DNA from: Epithemia pelagica
Taxonomy: Eukaryota > Protista > Bacillariophyta
Assembly (NCBI GenBank): GCA_946965045.2
Contig: OX337230.1
Location: forward strand, 2,976,001-3,040,000
Length of the DNA: 64,000 nucleotides
Direction of reading: 5' to 3'
In this document: positions 22,437 to 32,635 of the stretch, in pieces
How the letters are laid out: every line of letters starts with the position of its first letter
How positions within the stretch are numbered: position 1 is the first letter of the stretch
Program-made: the position numbers and the translations under genes
Notes under the pieces: generated by a model
What the model was told of the DNA's origin: nothing
What the model saw: only the letters and a program-made list of their open reading frames with translations
Databases searched by the model: none

Positions 22437-23279
22437 GTGTCTATTCTACCCCGGTTTGTCCTCATATGAGGACAGCGCTTGTCCTCATATGAGGACAATC
22501 CTACTAAAATCATATCTACGTAGACCACAGTAGCTTTTGTACGAAGCTATCGACAAAAAATGTAACCCAACCATGGGAATCTGCCGTTCTACCAAAAAAA
22601 TGAACAACTAAAATAGAAAAGTAATAGACCACAATCAACCATTATGTTCTATGTTTATGTGGCAAGACACTACGTGTGTTGGAAAATGCATCCATCCAGT
22701 TTATGTAGGGCAAATCCAACCATTTTGTCGAGGGAAATCAACTGTCTTCACATACATTGGCGGATTTGAGTCTCCCACTGCACTTTCCTGGTTCCCTGAA
22801 GGTGTCTGTGCTTTCTGTACATGAACTGTTGGGGTGCAGGAGGCTCAGACGCCGCATTTGACCCTGTATTGGTGTCGAATGCTGTTACGGTCTCAGAATT
22901 TTCCTCTGTGGTGATGGAGGCTTGTTTTGGCTGAATTCTCTCAATCTGATGCCTCAATCAGGCAAAGGACAACTGGTCATCATCACTAGGGATAATAACA
23001 CTCATCAGGTTGATTGTCTTCTGTTTTATCCCCTCCAAACACTCAGTTTAGAAAATCACCATCGCTCCAACATGGATGAATTCTGTTTTTGATACTGTAT
23101 TGTCACTACTCATCACAATTAAACCATGAGAATACCACGGGGTACGTTTTCAAGTATGGAGATTACGAATCTGAACTTAAAAACCACTTAGGAGTACATG
23201 AATGATTTGACATGCTACGTTGAAAAGTGGCCTCATATGAGGATTTGTCCTCATATGAGGACCGGGGTAGAATAGACAC
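22437..23279. mobile_element. MITE with TA (or CTAG) target duplication and palindromic subterminal repeats (843 bp)
   Basis: Perfect inverted repeat CTAGTGTCTATTCTACCCCGGT (22434-22455) / ACCGGGGTAGAATAGACACTAG (23261-23282). Four copies of the palindrome core CCTCATATGAGG, two at each end. Confidence 0.85.
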
Positions 23280-23383
23280 TAGAGCTACCTAGCTATCGGT
23301 ACTCCTACGAGTAGTCAGATGTGCGATGGCATCTGTAATTTTCTGGTTTGGGAGTATTTTTTTTGTGTGGAAGACGTCCCTCA

Positions 23384-23818
23384 GGCCGACCCTTAAGCCT
23401 CTACGAAACGAAAGTTGAGAGCTGACATTTCGTTTTGGCGGGATTCCTTACGCGTCTGCGAAACGAAAACTAGAACCGCGCCTTGTCCCCCATTCATCCC
23501 CCATTCCCCCCCATTTTCACTTCAATGAATTGAATACTAAAATAATTCTCATAGAGTTGTGACGTACACATGACGCACCGACCGTTGGAGCTGAACGCCA
23601 GTCGATCAATACTCTTGAGCGTTATGAACAACTTCACATTCATACATTGTCTAAACGCTTTGCACATCTGGAACGCCTTCTACTTTCGTTGGCCTACGAA
23701 AGTTGGCGCCAACTTTCGTAGCCCCGAAAGCTGAAAAGCAAGAGTACCCGGATATAAGAGGTAAAATGATGACGTGTCAGCTTTCAACTTTCGTTTCGTA
23801 GAGGCTTAAGGGTCAGCC
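23384..23818. mobile_element. PIF/Harbinger (Tourist)-like MITE (435 bp)
   Basis: 44-bp TIRs starting GGC (23384-23427; 23775-23818) with 2 mismatches. 3-bp TCA duplication at 23381-83 and 23819-21. Confidence 0.85.
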
Positions 23819-24921
23819 TCAAGACAAATACGAGTAATCTGACAACAAACAACATACACACGAAGTCAGAGACCATAGCCCAATTGTTGGGCCGATGGAA
23901 TAATATATGGAATGCCAACTCTATGCAAAAAATATGAAACACGAAATCTGTCTTTCGATGAGATCGACCAACTCCTAGCTCTAGTAGAAGAATTGGTGTA
24001 TTACTCGTAGAGATCGTCATATATTAAATTTCGCATTCATGAGCTGTCCCGACCTCCGTTCGTTGAGCTTCAGGTCAAAAAGTCATTACAGAGATTCGGA
24101 ACTTATCTGTTGCGATATCATGGATAATCAGTTAATCAATGACCAATACGAGTAGAATGTGTTACATTGGAATCCATGTGTATTCTACGGCTGTGTGTAG
24201 ATATACATGACTAGAGTTTCCAATCTTCACCCACCCTATTTGTGGTCCACATCTGAAGCGTTTCCTCGATCCGTGCCTTGCAGGGAGCAGGGCTCTCGAG
24301 CTCGAGCCCAACATTATGGTTTATGATACTGCGATGGGTAGGTTCTGAATGCGTAACACTTGGTTGTCTCCTGAGTCTTTCTCCACAAACAGAGAAATGA
24401 AGATTCAAGCAACCTTGCCTCTTGCCTGATACAACTCAAGGGAGTCCATAATCCATAGGAGTAATAATATGTTTTGCTGTTCTCGGGAGTGACGGCTGTG
24501 TACGTTGTACCTCTGGGGACTGGGGACCGTCTATTTTGGGGGATACACGAGTCGTTGCGCTGTTCAGCAGCGCCACCGAAGTTGCAACTTGGGGGACGGA
24601 TATGCAACCGGCACGACAGAAACACAAAAAATTCAATCTCCCACATCGACCATGGTGAATGGTGGACCAACGGTCATAACGACGACCCGAGAGGGACCTC
24701 TAGTGTGTGGAATTGACCTGCCAGAAATGTCGCTTATCATTACAATCAAGAGAAACAATCGTGCGTTTTCCCGTTCCAATTTTTAGCTACATCTCGAACC
24801 ACAATCCACATGCGAGTTTCAGTCGCGCACGATCACATTGTTCATCTATGAACGACATCCACGTTTGCCCGATCGTTTGAGATTTTTCCATTGGATTCGC
24901 CTCTTTTCAAGCTTAGGAACC

Positions 24922-26214
24922 ATGAAATTCTGCCCTCTTTGTTGCGACGAGTTCAACATTGTTGATCGTCGAAAGCTGCGCCCCTGTAACAACTGTAGCC
25001 ATGAAGTATGCCTAAGTTGCTGGCAACGCATCTGTCGAGAAGATTCCGGTGAAATGAGAGCTTTACCTGGTCTATGCCCTGCTTGTCGTTCACCCTACAC
25101 CAAAAGTCTTGCAGATATGCCCATGAAACCCCCGGATGACAATGACAGTAATTTGCAACAAATTATGTTTGAGGAAAACTATACTGGCTTCCCATGTTGC
25201 AGGGATGGTGCCTGTCGTCGTCGATTCTCGGGTTCATCAGTCGCACCTTCTCAAGAGGAAGTATGCAAGGAGCCACAGAGGTGCAGCCTCATCAACTTTT
25301 CAAACTGGTATCGACAAGAGGCGGATAAATATCGGCTATTTCTAATGGACGACCATGGGCAAGTGCCTTTGATGGACATCCCAACCTTGACGCAATTCAA
25401 ATTAATTGTCACAAACTCAACAAAGCTGCCAGTCCGGGTCATGAAGCAATGTCGAGGAGTAGATGACCCTATGCCGGGGTTCGATCGGGAGACTCTTGTC
25501 GGAAATTTAAAACCAAAGCAGACGCTTCAATTCACCAAGCGTACCAAATGCTCAGCCGGGCATGTGACCACATTTATTTTCCGCGAAGCCACAACCAACA
25601 AATTGCTCTTGAGATTTATCCCAGTTCGGCCCATTCCAACGACTCGATGGACACCCACGACGACTGTTATTGAACAAGACGGTGATCAGCCTCGAATGTC
25701 ATTGCCCCTGTTCCTCTTTGAACTTGGACCACCATCCTATCCCACAGGAGACACTTGTGAGGAAGAAAAGTTGCCTTGCGACTATGCCACGTGCGGCATT
25801 GTCGACCCTGTATTTTACTTTTCGGCCGTGCCAAAACAAACCAAGGTCCTGCCGAATCCTCTCAGTGTGGCGTACCAGTATGCAGTGATACACTGCTTCC
25901 GAATGGGATATGGCGGGTGGTGGTACCTGCAAGAGTGCCTTAATCGCATCCTTTTGCATCCCAATCAGATGGACCATCGCATGTTTCATCGAGACAGGGA
26001 CCAGCACAACTTTTTCAGCAAGATATGGGATACTCCTGCTCGGGGTATTTTACTGGCGTTTGGTGGTTTTGAAGAGATTGGAAATCTTGTAGCTTTCAAG
26101 AAGCATGAAGTTCCCTTATCCCCAGCAACTGTACATGAGGTATCAAACCTAGTCCTTCAGGTCAACAAATGGAGAAGGATACAAGTGGGACTGTGTGTCG
26201 GAGTCGGATCATAA
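24922..26214 (+). CDS. NOT4-type C4C4 RING protein with C-terminal PUB-like domain (putative E3 ligase)
   Basis: CPLC...PCNNCSHEVCLSCWQRI...GLCPACRSPY follows the NOT4 RING pattern. C-terminal YLQECLNRILLHP...NFFSKIW...GILLAFGGFEE resembles PUB. Confidence 0.7.
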   Translation: MKFCPLCCDEFNIVDRRKLRPCNNCSHEVCLSCWQRICREDSGEMRALPGLCPACRSPYTKSLADMPMKPPDDNDSNLQQIMFEENYTGFPCCRDGACRRRFSGSSVAPSQEEVCKEPQRCSLINFSNWYRQEADKYRLFLMDDHGQVPLMDIPTLTQFKLIVTNSTKLPVRVMKQCRGVDDPMPGFDRETLVGNLKPKQTLQFTKRTKCSAGHVTTFIFREATTNKLLLRFIPVRPIPTTRWTPTTTVIEQDGDQPRMSLPLFLFELGPPSYPTGDTCEEEKLPCDYATCGIVDPVFYFSAVPKQTKVLPNPLSVAYQYAVIHCFRMGYGGWWYLQECLNRILLHPNQMDHRMFHRDRDQHNFFSKIWDTPARGILLAFGGFEEIGNLVAFKKHEVPLSPATVHEVSNLVLQVNKWRRIQVGLCVGVGS

Positions 26215-26811
26215 CTTCAAGATTTGTTGTAACAGCCACATACGGACCGCCACATGTCGTTTAGTTCACGTGTTCCGTACACAAGAAGCTTTTTCATGGG
26301 GTCAAGTCAGGATTGATCTCCTTCCTCGAACTTTCTTCCGCATATGAATAGGAGAGAGCGTAGCAGTGAGTTACTACGCCTCTGTCATTCACTGATGAGT
26401 CGCCAAGAGATGAAGCAGAATAGCAAAAGTCCGATAAACCTGGAACATGCCGAGTGACCATGACCTTCTTGTTCAAACCAATCAAGGGAATTCCCATCCT
26501 TCCACAAAAGAAGTCGATCCATTAAGAGTCATTTCGTCATTGGCCATGTCCCTGTCCTCTGTCCTTTCTCTTGCAGGTCGCTCTAAAGATGACCCAATTG
26601 CAATGCGGGAAGTCTTCTTGCCCAATCCCGAACATGGACACTGGACACTGGACACGGATGCCATGCAACTTCCGGTAACTACACGTGAGTCGCATATTCT
26701 CTCCCAATACCCAACGGACGAAACCGAAACAAAGGATCGATATTAATACAAAGTACGTATTATGATACCATAGAATATGATTTACCATTCTCTAGTATGG
26801 AACAAACGGGA

Positions 26812-27093
26812 ATGTCGAAAGGTATGTCGTTTGTATGTCGTTTGATGTTGTTTGATGTCGTTTCGGGCTCGCGCGCAAACATGGTTTGCCTCAAAATCCA
26901 GCAGTGCTCCTTCAGTTGATGGGCCTACCGTCAATCAGTGACTTGTAACCTTCTGATTTCTCATGAAGAATTCCAACTGCTGGAGAGTACATATTCTCTT
27001 GGCGATAAAAACATCCGACATCATCCGACATCATCCGACATCCTCCGACATCATCCGACATCATCCGACATCTACCAAATCCTCCGACATCCG
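26812..27093. repeat. Two oppositely oriented clusters of about 10-bp tandem repeats sharing an ATGTCG core
   Basis: About 5 copies of (T/G)ATGTCGTTT-like units at 26812-26863 and about 6-7 copies of CATCCGACAT at 27012-27093. Confidence 0.8.
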
Positions 27094-28381
27094 TGACTCT
27101 GGATGTTTTCCTCATATTGAAATAATCTGTACCTAGTATGATCATATAAGAGGTATTACTGTGTGATAATGAAAAATGTCATATCGTGACGATACTCTGA
27201 GTAGTAGAAGGATTACCTACGTTTTGAGTCCATTACCGGAAGTTGATGTCATTTTGCCAAGAAGACTTCTTGACTTTTCTGGCTTCTACGCGACTCTCTC
27301 TTCTGCGATTGGGGAATTTCTCTCCCGCCGACCAGCGAACGTTCCAGGGCCTTTTGTCATTGGTCTGTTACAGGGTTCTGACAAGAAAGGAAAAGGGAAA
27401 AAGTACATCTACACTGAATTTCAGAGAAAAAGGCATATTACCGCAAAGTACATTTTAGATAAAAAAAACAGTTCAAAAAACAAAGAAATGACGAAAATAT
27501 GCAGGAAAATATCACGGATTACACAAATACCCTGTATTTTAGTCGCAGTCATTGCAAAATGACAAGAGTATCCCCCAAAAGACACCACAAAAGGATCCTT
27601 GACCTGCTCCCCAAACCCTCATACTTCAAGAATAGAATCAGTATGCACAAACAACGACACCATGAATTCCGAGCCGCTGGAAATTAAAATGATTGGTCAG
27701 TCTGATAAGCGGTCGATGGCACGCCGGCAGTCGTTTGCAAGGACCAAATTTTGCGACTTTTGGACTTTAACTGATTGGGCTTCGCGCACAGTCGCGCTAA
27801 CTCGACAGTCGTTGAGACGGCAGGCTACGGTTGCGACTGCCTAACACCATCCCCCATAGAAACTTGACATTCGCAACTGATTAAACCGATGGCTGTATGT
27901 TTTGGTCACATATCGGACATCCAGTACTTAAGCCAGGTGTAAACTGAGATGTTAATTAATAACGGTGCTAAAATTGGCGCGAAGGTCGACTTATGGAGGG
28001 AAATGGCTTCTGTCGTCCCATGAGTACGACGAATCCATCCTTTCACTGGGAGTGGAAGCGTTCTCCGAACTAAAAAGTACGCAGCTTCACAGAACTCCTA
28101 TATGAAGTAGAGCTGGTACTACTTTTACATACTTCCGAACCTTCCCCTACTTTACGTGGAACATGTACCACGTTTTACACGAGGCCTTGCGTGTCGAAGA
28201 ACTTTGACACACTGAGTACCGAGTAATTTTTACCTCCGTCTTTTTCAGCGGACGCAGGTAGACGCAGTGCCAACATCAACCAGAACCAGCAATCACAGCT
28301 ATCAGCTTTCAGCATTGTTTGCCCCAAAAACAAAATCCGATTGCTTGGGACTAATAGAACAAGACCGTGAAAACAACCGCA

Positions 28382-29884
28382 ATGGCCATGGAAGGCGAGC
28401 AAAGCTCGATCTCGGGTCGCTTTGTATCTGAAGAACATCATGTAACGAGGGAGCAGGCGGCGCTGGCTGAAATGGCGTATCGTTTGAGCTCCAGTAACGT
28501 GGTGGGGGATCATGAGGATGATGGCAGCACCCGCCGTGAAGCCAAACTTCTTATGAGCCTTTCTGCGTTTCCCCAATCTCCAAACCAGTCCGATTTGGAC
28601 CTGTTATCATCTTCTGAGTCCGAAAGTGCATACATGTCGGATTCGTCTCGTTCTTCAGGAGCTTTTAACATTGTTTGCCCATCACTTTCGCTTGAGAATT
28701 CCCCCTCCAGCTCGCTCCAGAACGCGTACCGTGAAAAACGGAACCTGAAACGTAAGGCGGAAGAAGTTGAATCGTCTCCCGCTCCCTCTAAGCTTCTTGG
28801 AAGGCCTCTCCATGCTGATGATCGCAACGCTGTACGCCTGTCGGCGGATGCAATGGCTCTCAACGTTTGTGATTCCTTCCGAAAAGCATTGCAATGGCGC
28901 ATCAACACATGGACCGCTGCTCTCTCGAAGGTGATAGCAGTCAAAGAGAAAGAGATGGTGTCCAAGGGCGCTACAACAGAAGAGCTGAAATCCTTACTCT
29001 CGTCTTCCGAAGCTAGTCTGATTCTGGCCTTAAACGTTATCGAGGACCGAATCAAGTTGACTTGCACCCGAACTAGTTTCACCATACTCCCCCAGCGGGT
29101 AGACAAGGATGGTGAACCTGATCTCAAGAAGAGACAGATATCCCCTCGCCACAAGCTTGAGGAATCAGAGTACCAGTATTCCGTCGCCCATGCGGTACGG
29201 TTTGAATGTATAGTGGAGCTTGACACTCCGGCTGGTTATTCCGAGGTAACGCTTGAGGTTCCAGGGTCCATGGATGGTACTTTCCTGAGCGCGGGTATTG
29301 ACGAAGAAGAGTTGACAGCTGTCTCTCTGGACATTAACACCGATATGTTGGCTACGATGGTGGAGAAGAGCTGCAGGAAGATAGTACGTGTATCCATCGA
29401 ATCATACCTGAAGGAATCTAAGAAGCCTGAACGAGTTGAGTCCCCGAAGACTGTCTCCTTTGCTGAAGAACATCCCAAAAAAGAAGCCAAGACAACTTCT
29501 CGTAAACTGATACATGAATTCTCCACTCCTCCGCCTGCCGAGACCTCAACATTCTCCACTGAAGAGATTCGCGCAGCACTGGTTTCGCCTCCTCTCAGCG
29601 ATGACACCAAGAACACATCATCACCCAGCTTCCTTTCTCCTATTCCCGATGACTTGGACTCAATTTCACCCCGCCGCATTACACCACAGCTTCATTCTGG
29701 GTTCAAGAAAGGATTCCCATCTTTCACAGCCACGCCCCAGACTCCCAAGGCTCCAATCACCGGAGCATCTGTACTTGTATCTCCAAGTCCACAGACTGCA
29801 GCGGAATACCAGAAGCCTTCTAGACAAGGACCCTCACTCCCTGTACTGGTTGAAGTGGCCTGCCGGGCGTACCGCAACGACTAA
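28382..29884 (+). CDS. Hypothetical protein (about 500 aa)
   Basis: Long ORF with Ser-rich termini and a structured-looking core (FRKALQWRINTWT...LDTPAGYSEV). No family recognised. Confidence 0.7.
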   Translation: MAMEGEQSSISGRFVSEEHHVTREQAALAEMAYRLSSSNVVGDHEDDGSTRREAKLLMSLSAFPQSPNQSDLDLLSSSESESAYMSDSSRSSGAFNIVCPSLSLENSPSSSLQNAYREKRNLKRKAEEVESSPAPSKLLGRPLHADDRNAVRLSADAMALNVCDSFRKALQWRINTWTAALSKVIAVKEKEMVSKGATTEELKSLLSSSEASLILALNVIEDRIKLTCTRTSFTILPQRVDKDGEPDLKKRQISPRHKLEESEYQYSVAHAVRFECIVELDTPAGYSEVTLEVPGSMDGTFLSAGIDEEELTAVSLDINTDMLATMVEKSCRKIVRVSIESYLKESKKPERVESPKTVSFAEEHPKKEAKTTSRKLIHEFSTPPPAETSTFSTEEIRAALVSPPLSDDTKNTSSPSFLSPIPDDLDSISPRRITPQLHSGFKKGFPSFTATPQTPKAPITGASVLVSPSPQTAAEYQKPSRQGPSLPVLVEVACRAYRND

Positions 29885-30812
29885 GAAGGAAGGTTTGTTG
29901 ATTCCTTCGCACATCCGTTTCTGCTCTATTGCGTGCGACAGTTCATGTCGTTGTGCATTCATAAGAACTCCCCTCTCTCTTTATACCTTCACCCTTTTGT
30001 GGAACAGTGTTAATATTATTGTGAAGGACGCCCTTCTCTGGCTATACATATATCGAAAGCACTCACTATCGGCGATTCTCTTGAACGGGGCGAACAGAAG
30101 ATCGTTCGAAACTTGTCTACTTTTTGTTTTTGTGGCATTAATAACGTGTAGTGCATGATTATTCTATCTACGCTGATATATTATCTGAAGCGCCATCGAG
30201 CTGATGATGGTTGGTAGTTGCCATTGCGTTCTCATGTTCGCATTGACCCCTCCGCTCTTCCTTCACCAATGCCACCCAGTCAAAAGAGAAAGGGTTCCAA
30301 GTTCCAACAATCGAGATGCATGTCGTACGTGTGTAGTGTGTATGTATGTGTGAAAGTCGTGTGAAGCGATTGTACATCCGGGTCGCTGTCGACAAAATGT
30401 TACCCACCACCAGAAGATGGATGGTCTGTCTGCCGTCGAGATGATCTCCGACGCTACGTGCAACCTCCCAGCCCTCTAGGTAGCTCTAGAAGTCGAGGGT
30501 TTTCCCATGAAGTCCAATGCAGGGTTAAGACCCAGATTGTTGCATCTCAATGAATAAAATAGACCAGCGTGAATAGCCTCCGCATAAATACAGTGTCCCA
30601 AGATCTCTAGGTCTGCAAACACCACAATTACGCATTGCGAGCAATGCCCTGTCGTAGTAGCAGGTCTGCAACATGTAATTACAAATACATCAAACGCAAA
30701 GCAAACGTAGCCTTTTTAAAATTTCTTATTGATCTTAGCTGTTCCCACAATGGATGGCGGTGATTCTCGGTAAGCACCAAACAGTTTCTGGGTTCGTCTT
30801 GTTGGTTTGTTA

Positions 30813-31992
30813 TTAAAAGGGAGCTTCACTGGTGCACTCTACATCTTCCCCTGTCACCGGGTGACGGAATCGAATGGATTTGGCATGGACACATGTTTTC
30901 ATATCACTGGCAGCAGCAATGGCTTTTTGCAAGTCACTGGACGCACAGTCGGGAGAGGTTTCTGCTACTTGATCGCCATCCAAGCCGCCATTGGGTGCCG
31001 CATCGCCATCCCAGCCATACACGGTATCACCCACGATGGGATGACCAAAGGCTGCACAATGAACATTTAATTGGTGTGTACGACCCGTCACACTCGTCAA
31101 AGTCAAGCGAGTGACAGGAAGATCATCGTTATCATTCAACGTTTCGCGAGCGACAACTTGATAATGAGTCACACTGTCTTTGGGTGCTTCCAACAGTTTC
31201 TTTCCCACCACCAAAGGGTCAAAGTCCAAGAGCGCCTTTTGATGTTCGTCCGTAGACACTCTCATGAACGGAGGGTGTTCATAATCACGCATCAAGGGTA
31301 GGTTGATTAAGCCCTGATCTTTTTCGACATGACCAGCGACCAAACATTCGTATTGTCGTGTAATTTTGCGCGTACGAAACAATGTATTCATTCCGCGATT
31401 ACCAGACATGGTCTTGGCAAAAACTATTAACCCAGATGTGTCCATTCCCAATCTGTGAACAACCATTTGGTTGTAGTTGGCAACTCTGAGGGAGTGACCT
31501 TCCGATTGGCATTTCTGGAACACCGCTTTGGCCAACGAATGTACCCCGTCTTCCCTGGGCCCACACAGTACACCGTTGGGTTTGTTTACTACAATCAAGT
31601 CATCATCTTCATACACGACATCAATATCCTGTCGTACGGAAGCACAATAGTGACGTTAGGTACAAGACAGACACAATCAAGACGATCATCCAATGGGCAT
31701 CACGTACCTCTGAAGCTAGTGCTGGCGAACTAAGATCCTTTGTTCGCAACTTTTCGAGTTGTGCTTCAAGTCGTTTATTCACTTCTTCACTGGAGATTTG
31801 TTCTTGAAGGACAAACCGTTCCGTCGTCTTTGTTCTGTGTTGTTGTGGTTGTTGTCTTTGGTGACGCAAGGGTAATTGAGGAACAAAGGCAGCGACTCCT
31901 CCCATTGGTCGATCTTCCGATGCAATCGCCAACAAAAGAAGAAGAACGAAAAGGTTGGACGACAACGACAACGATATAACCTGGTTTCTCAT
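30813..31992 (-). CDS. Plastid-targeted RluA-family pseudouridine synthase-like protein, two exons (31992-31708, 31628-30813)
   Basis: Signal peptide plus VAA|FVP. Intron 31629-31707 (GTACGT...ACAG) yields DIDVVYEDDDLIVVNKPNG. Motifs VVHRLGMDTSGL, RQYECLV, GRTHQLNVH, HPIVGDTVYG, VHAKSIRFRHP. Confidence 0.85.
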
Positions 31993-32635
31993 CCTGACAA
32001 AAATTTTGTTCTGCTGATCGTTTCGACGCGAACTCTTGTTGGATATGGATTATATACAACGAGATTACCAAAATTGGTTGATTTGCGAACACAAACTTGG
32101 GCTCGGCTCAGTTGGATTGAGTTAGTCAGTTTTGGATTGGTTTTTCGCAAGGCGCTCTCAGCTCTTCCCGTGCTGATGTTGTTGTTAATGCTGTTGATGG
32201 ATGAGTGATTTGGATGGAGGTGGATGCCAACACACAACCAAAACCAGAACTACGCAAGAGAGAGAGAGAGTGTGTGTGTCTTCTGGTTCGGGTGAGTGAG
32301 CGATCTGACTCACCTACAATGGTTGGTATTTGTTATTTGTATCCGCGCGGAACTCTGTGTGGTCTCCAAGCTCCAACTTAAAAAATTGGATGTATGTCAG
32401 ACGGCATGTCAAACGCGACTAAGACGTTGACACCAAAGTTCTTCGGCAATCTGTTCCAGATTATTCGTCTTTAAGTCGCATAACATAATCTTTTTGGTCG
32501 CATATAGGAGAACCGCCCACCACCACGTACGAGGCTCATTTCTGTGTCACCTTTCTCGACCGTATCCACATCTTTCAACCATCAAGTTCTCCCTTGAGAG
32601 ACGACTGAAGAATGCATTAACGGTGTAATGGAAGA

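Noticed and set aside
22434-23282. CACTA/EnSpm assignment from the CACTA string at the right end
   Set aside because: The orientation is reversed (TAGTG on the left, CACTA on the right) and there is no 3-bp TSD.
26812-27093. CRISPR-like array
   Set aside because: Units are about 10 bp and directly tandem with no unique spacers. There are no cas genes and the context is eukaryotic.
26792-27140. hAT element defined by the 8-bp direct repeat CTAGTATG
   Set aside because: No convincing TIR lies just inside the repeats (GAACAAAC versus GTACAGAT). Kept only as a possibility in the repeat-array finding.
28510-29679. Long antisense ORFs (also 37880-38680, 44047-44814, 45709-46377, 46361-47221)
   Set aside because: They lie opposite well-supported or longer genes, lack motifs, and are typical stop-poor antisense frames.
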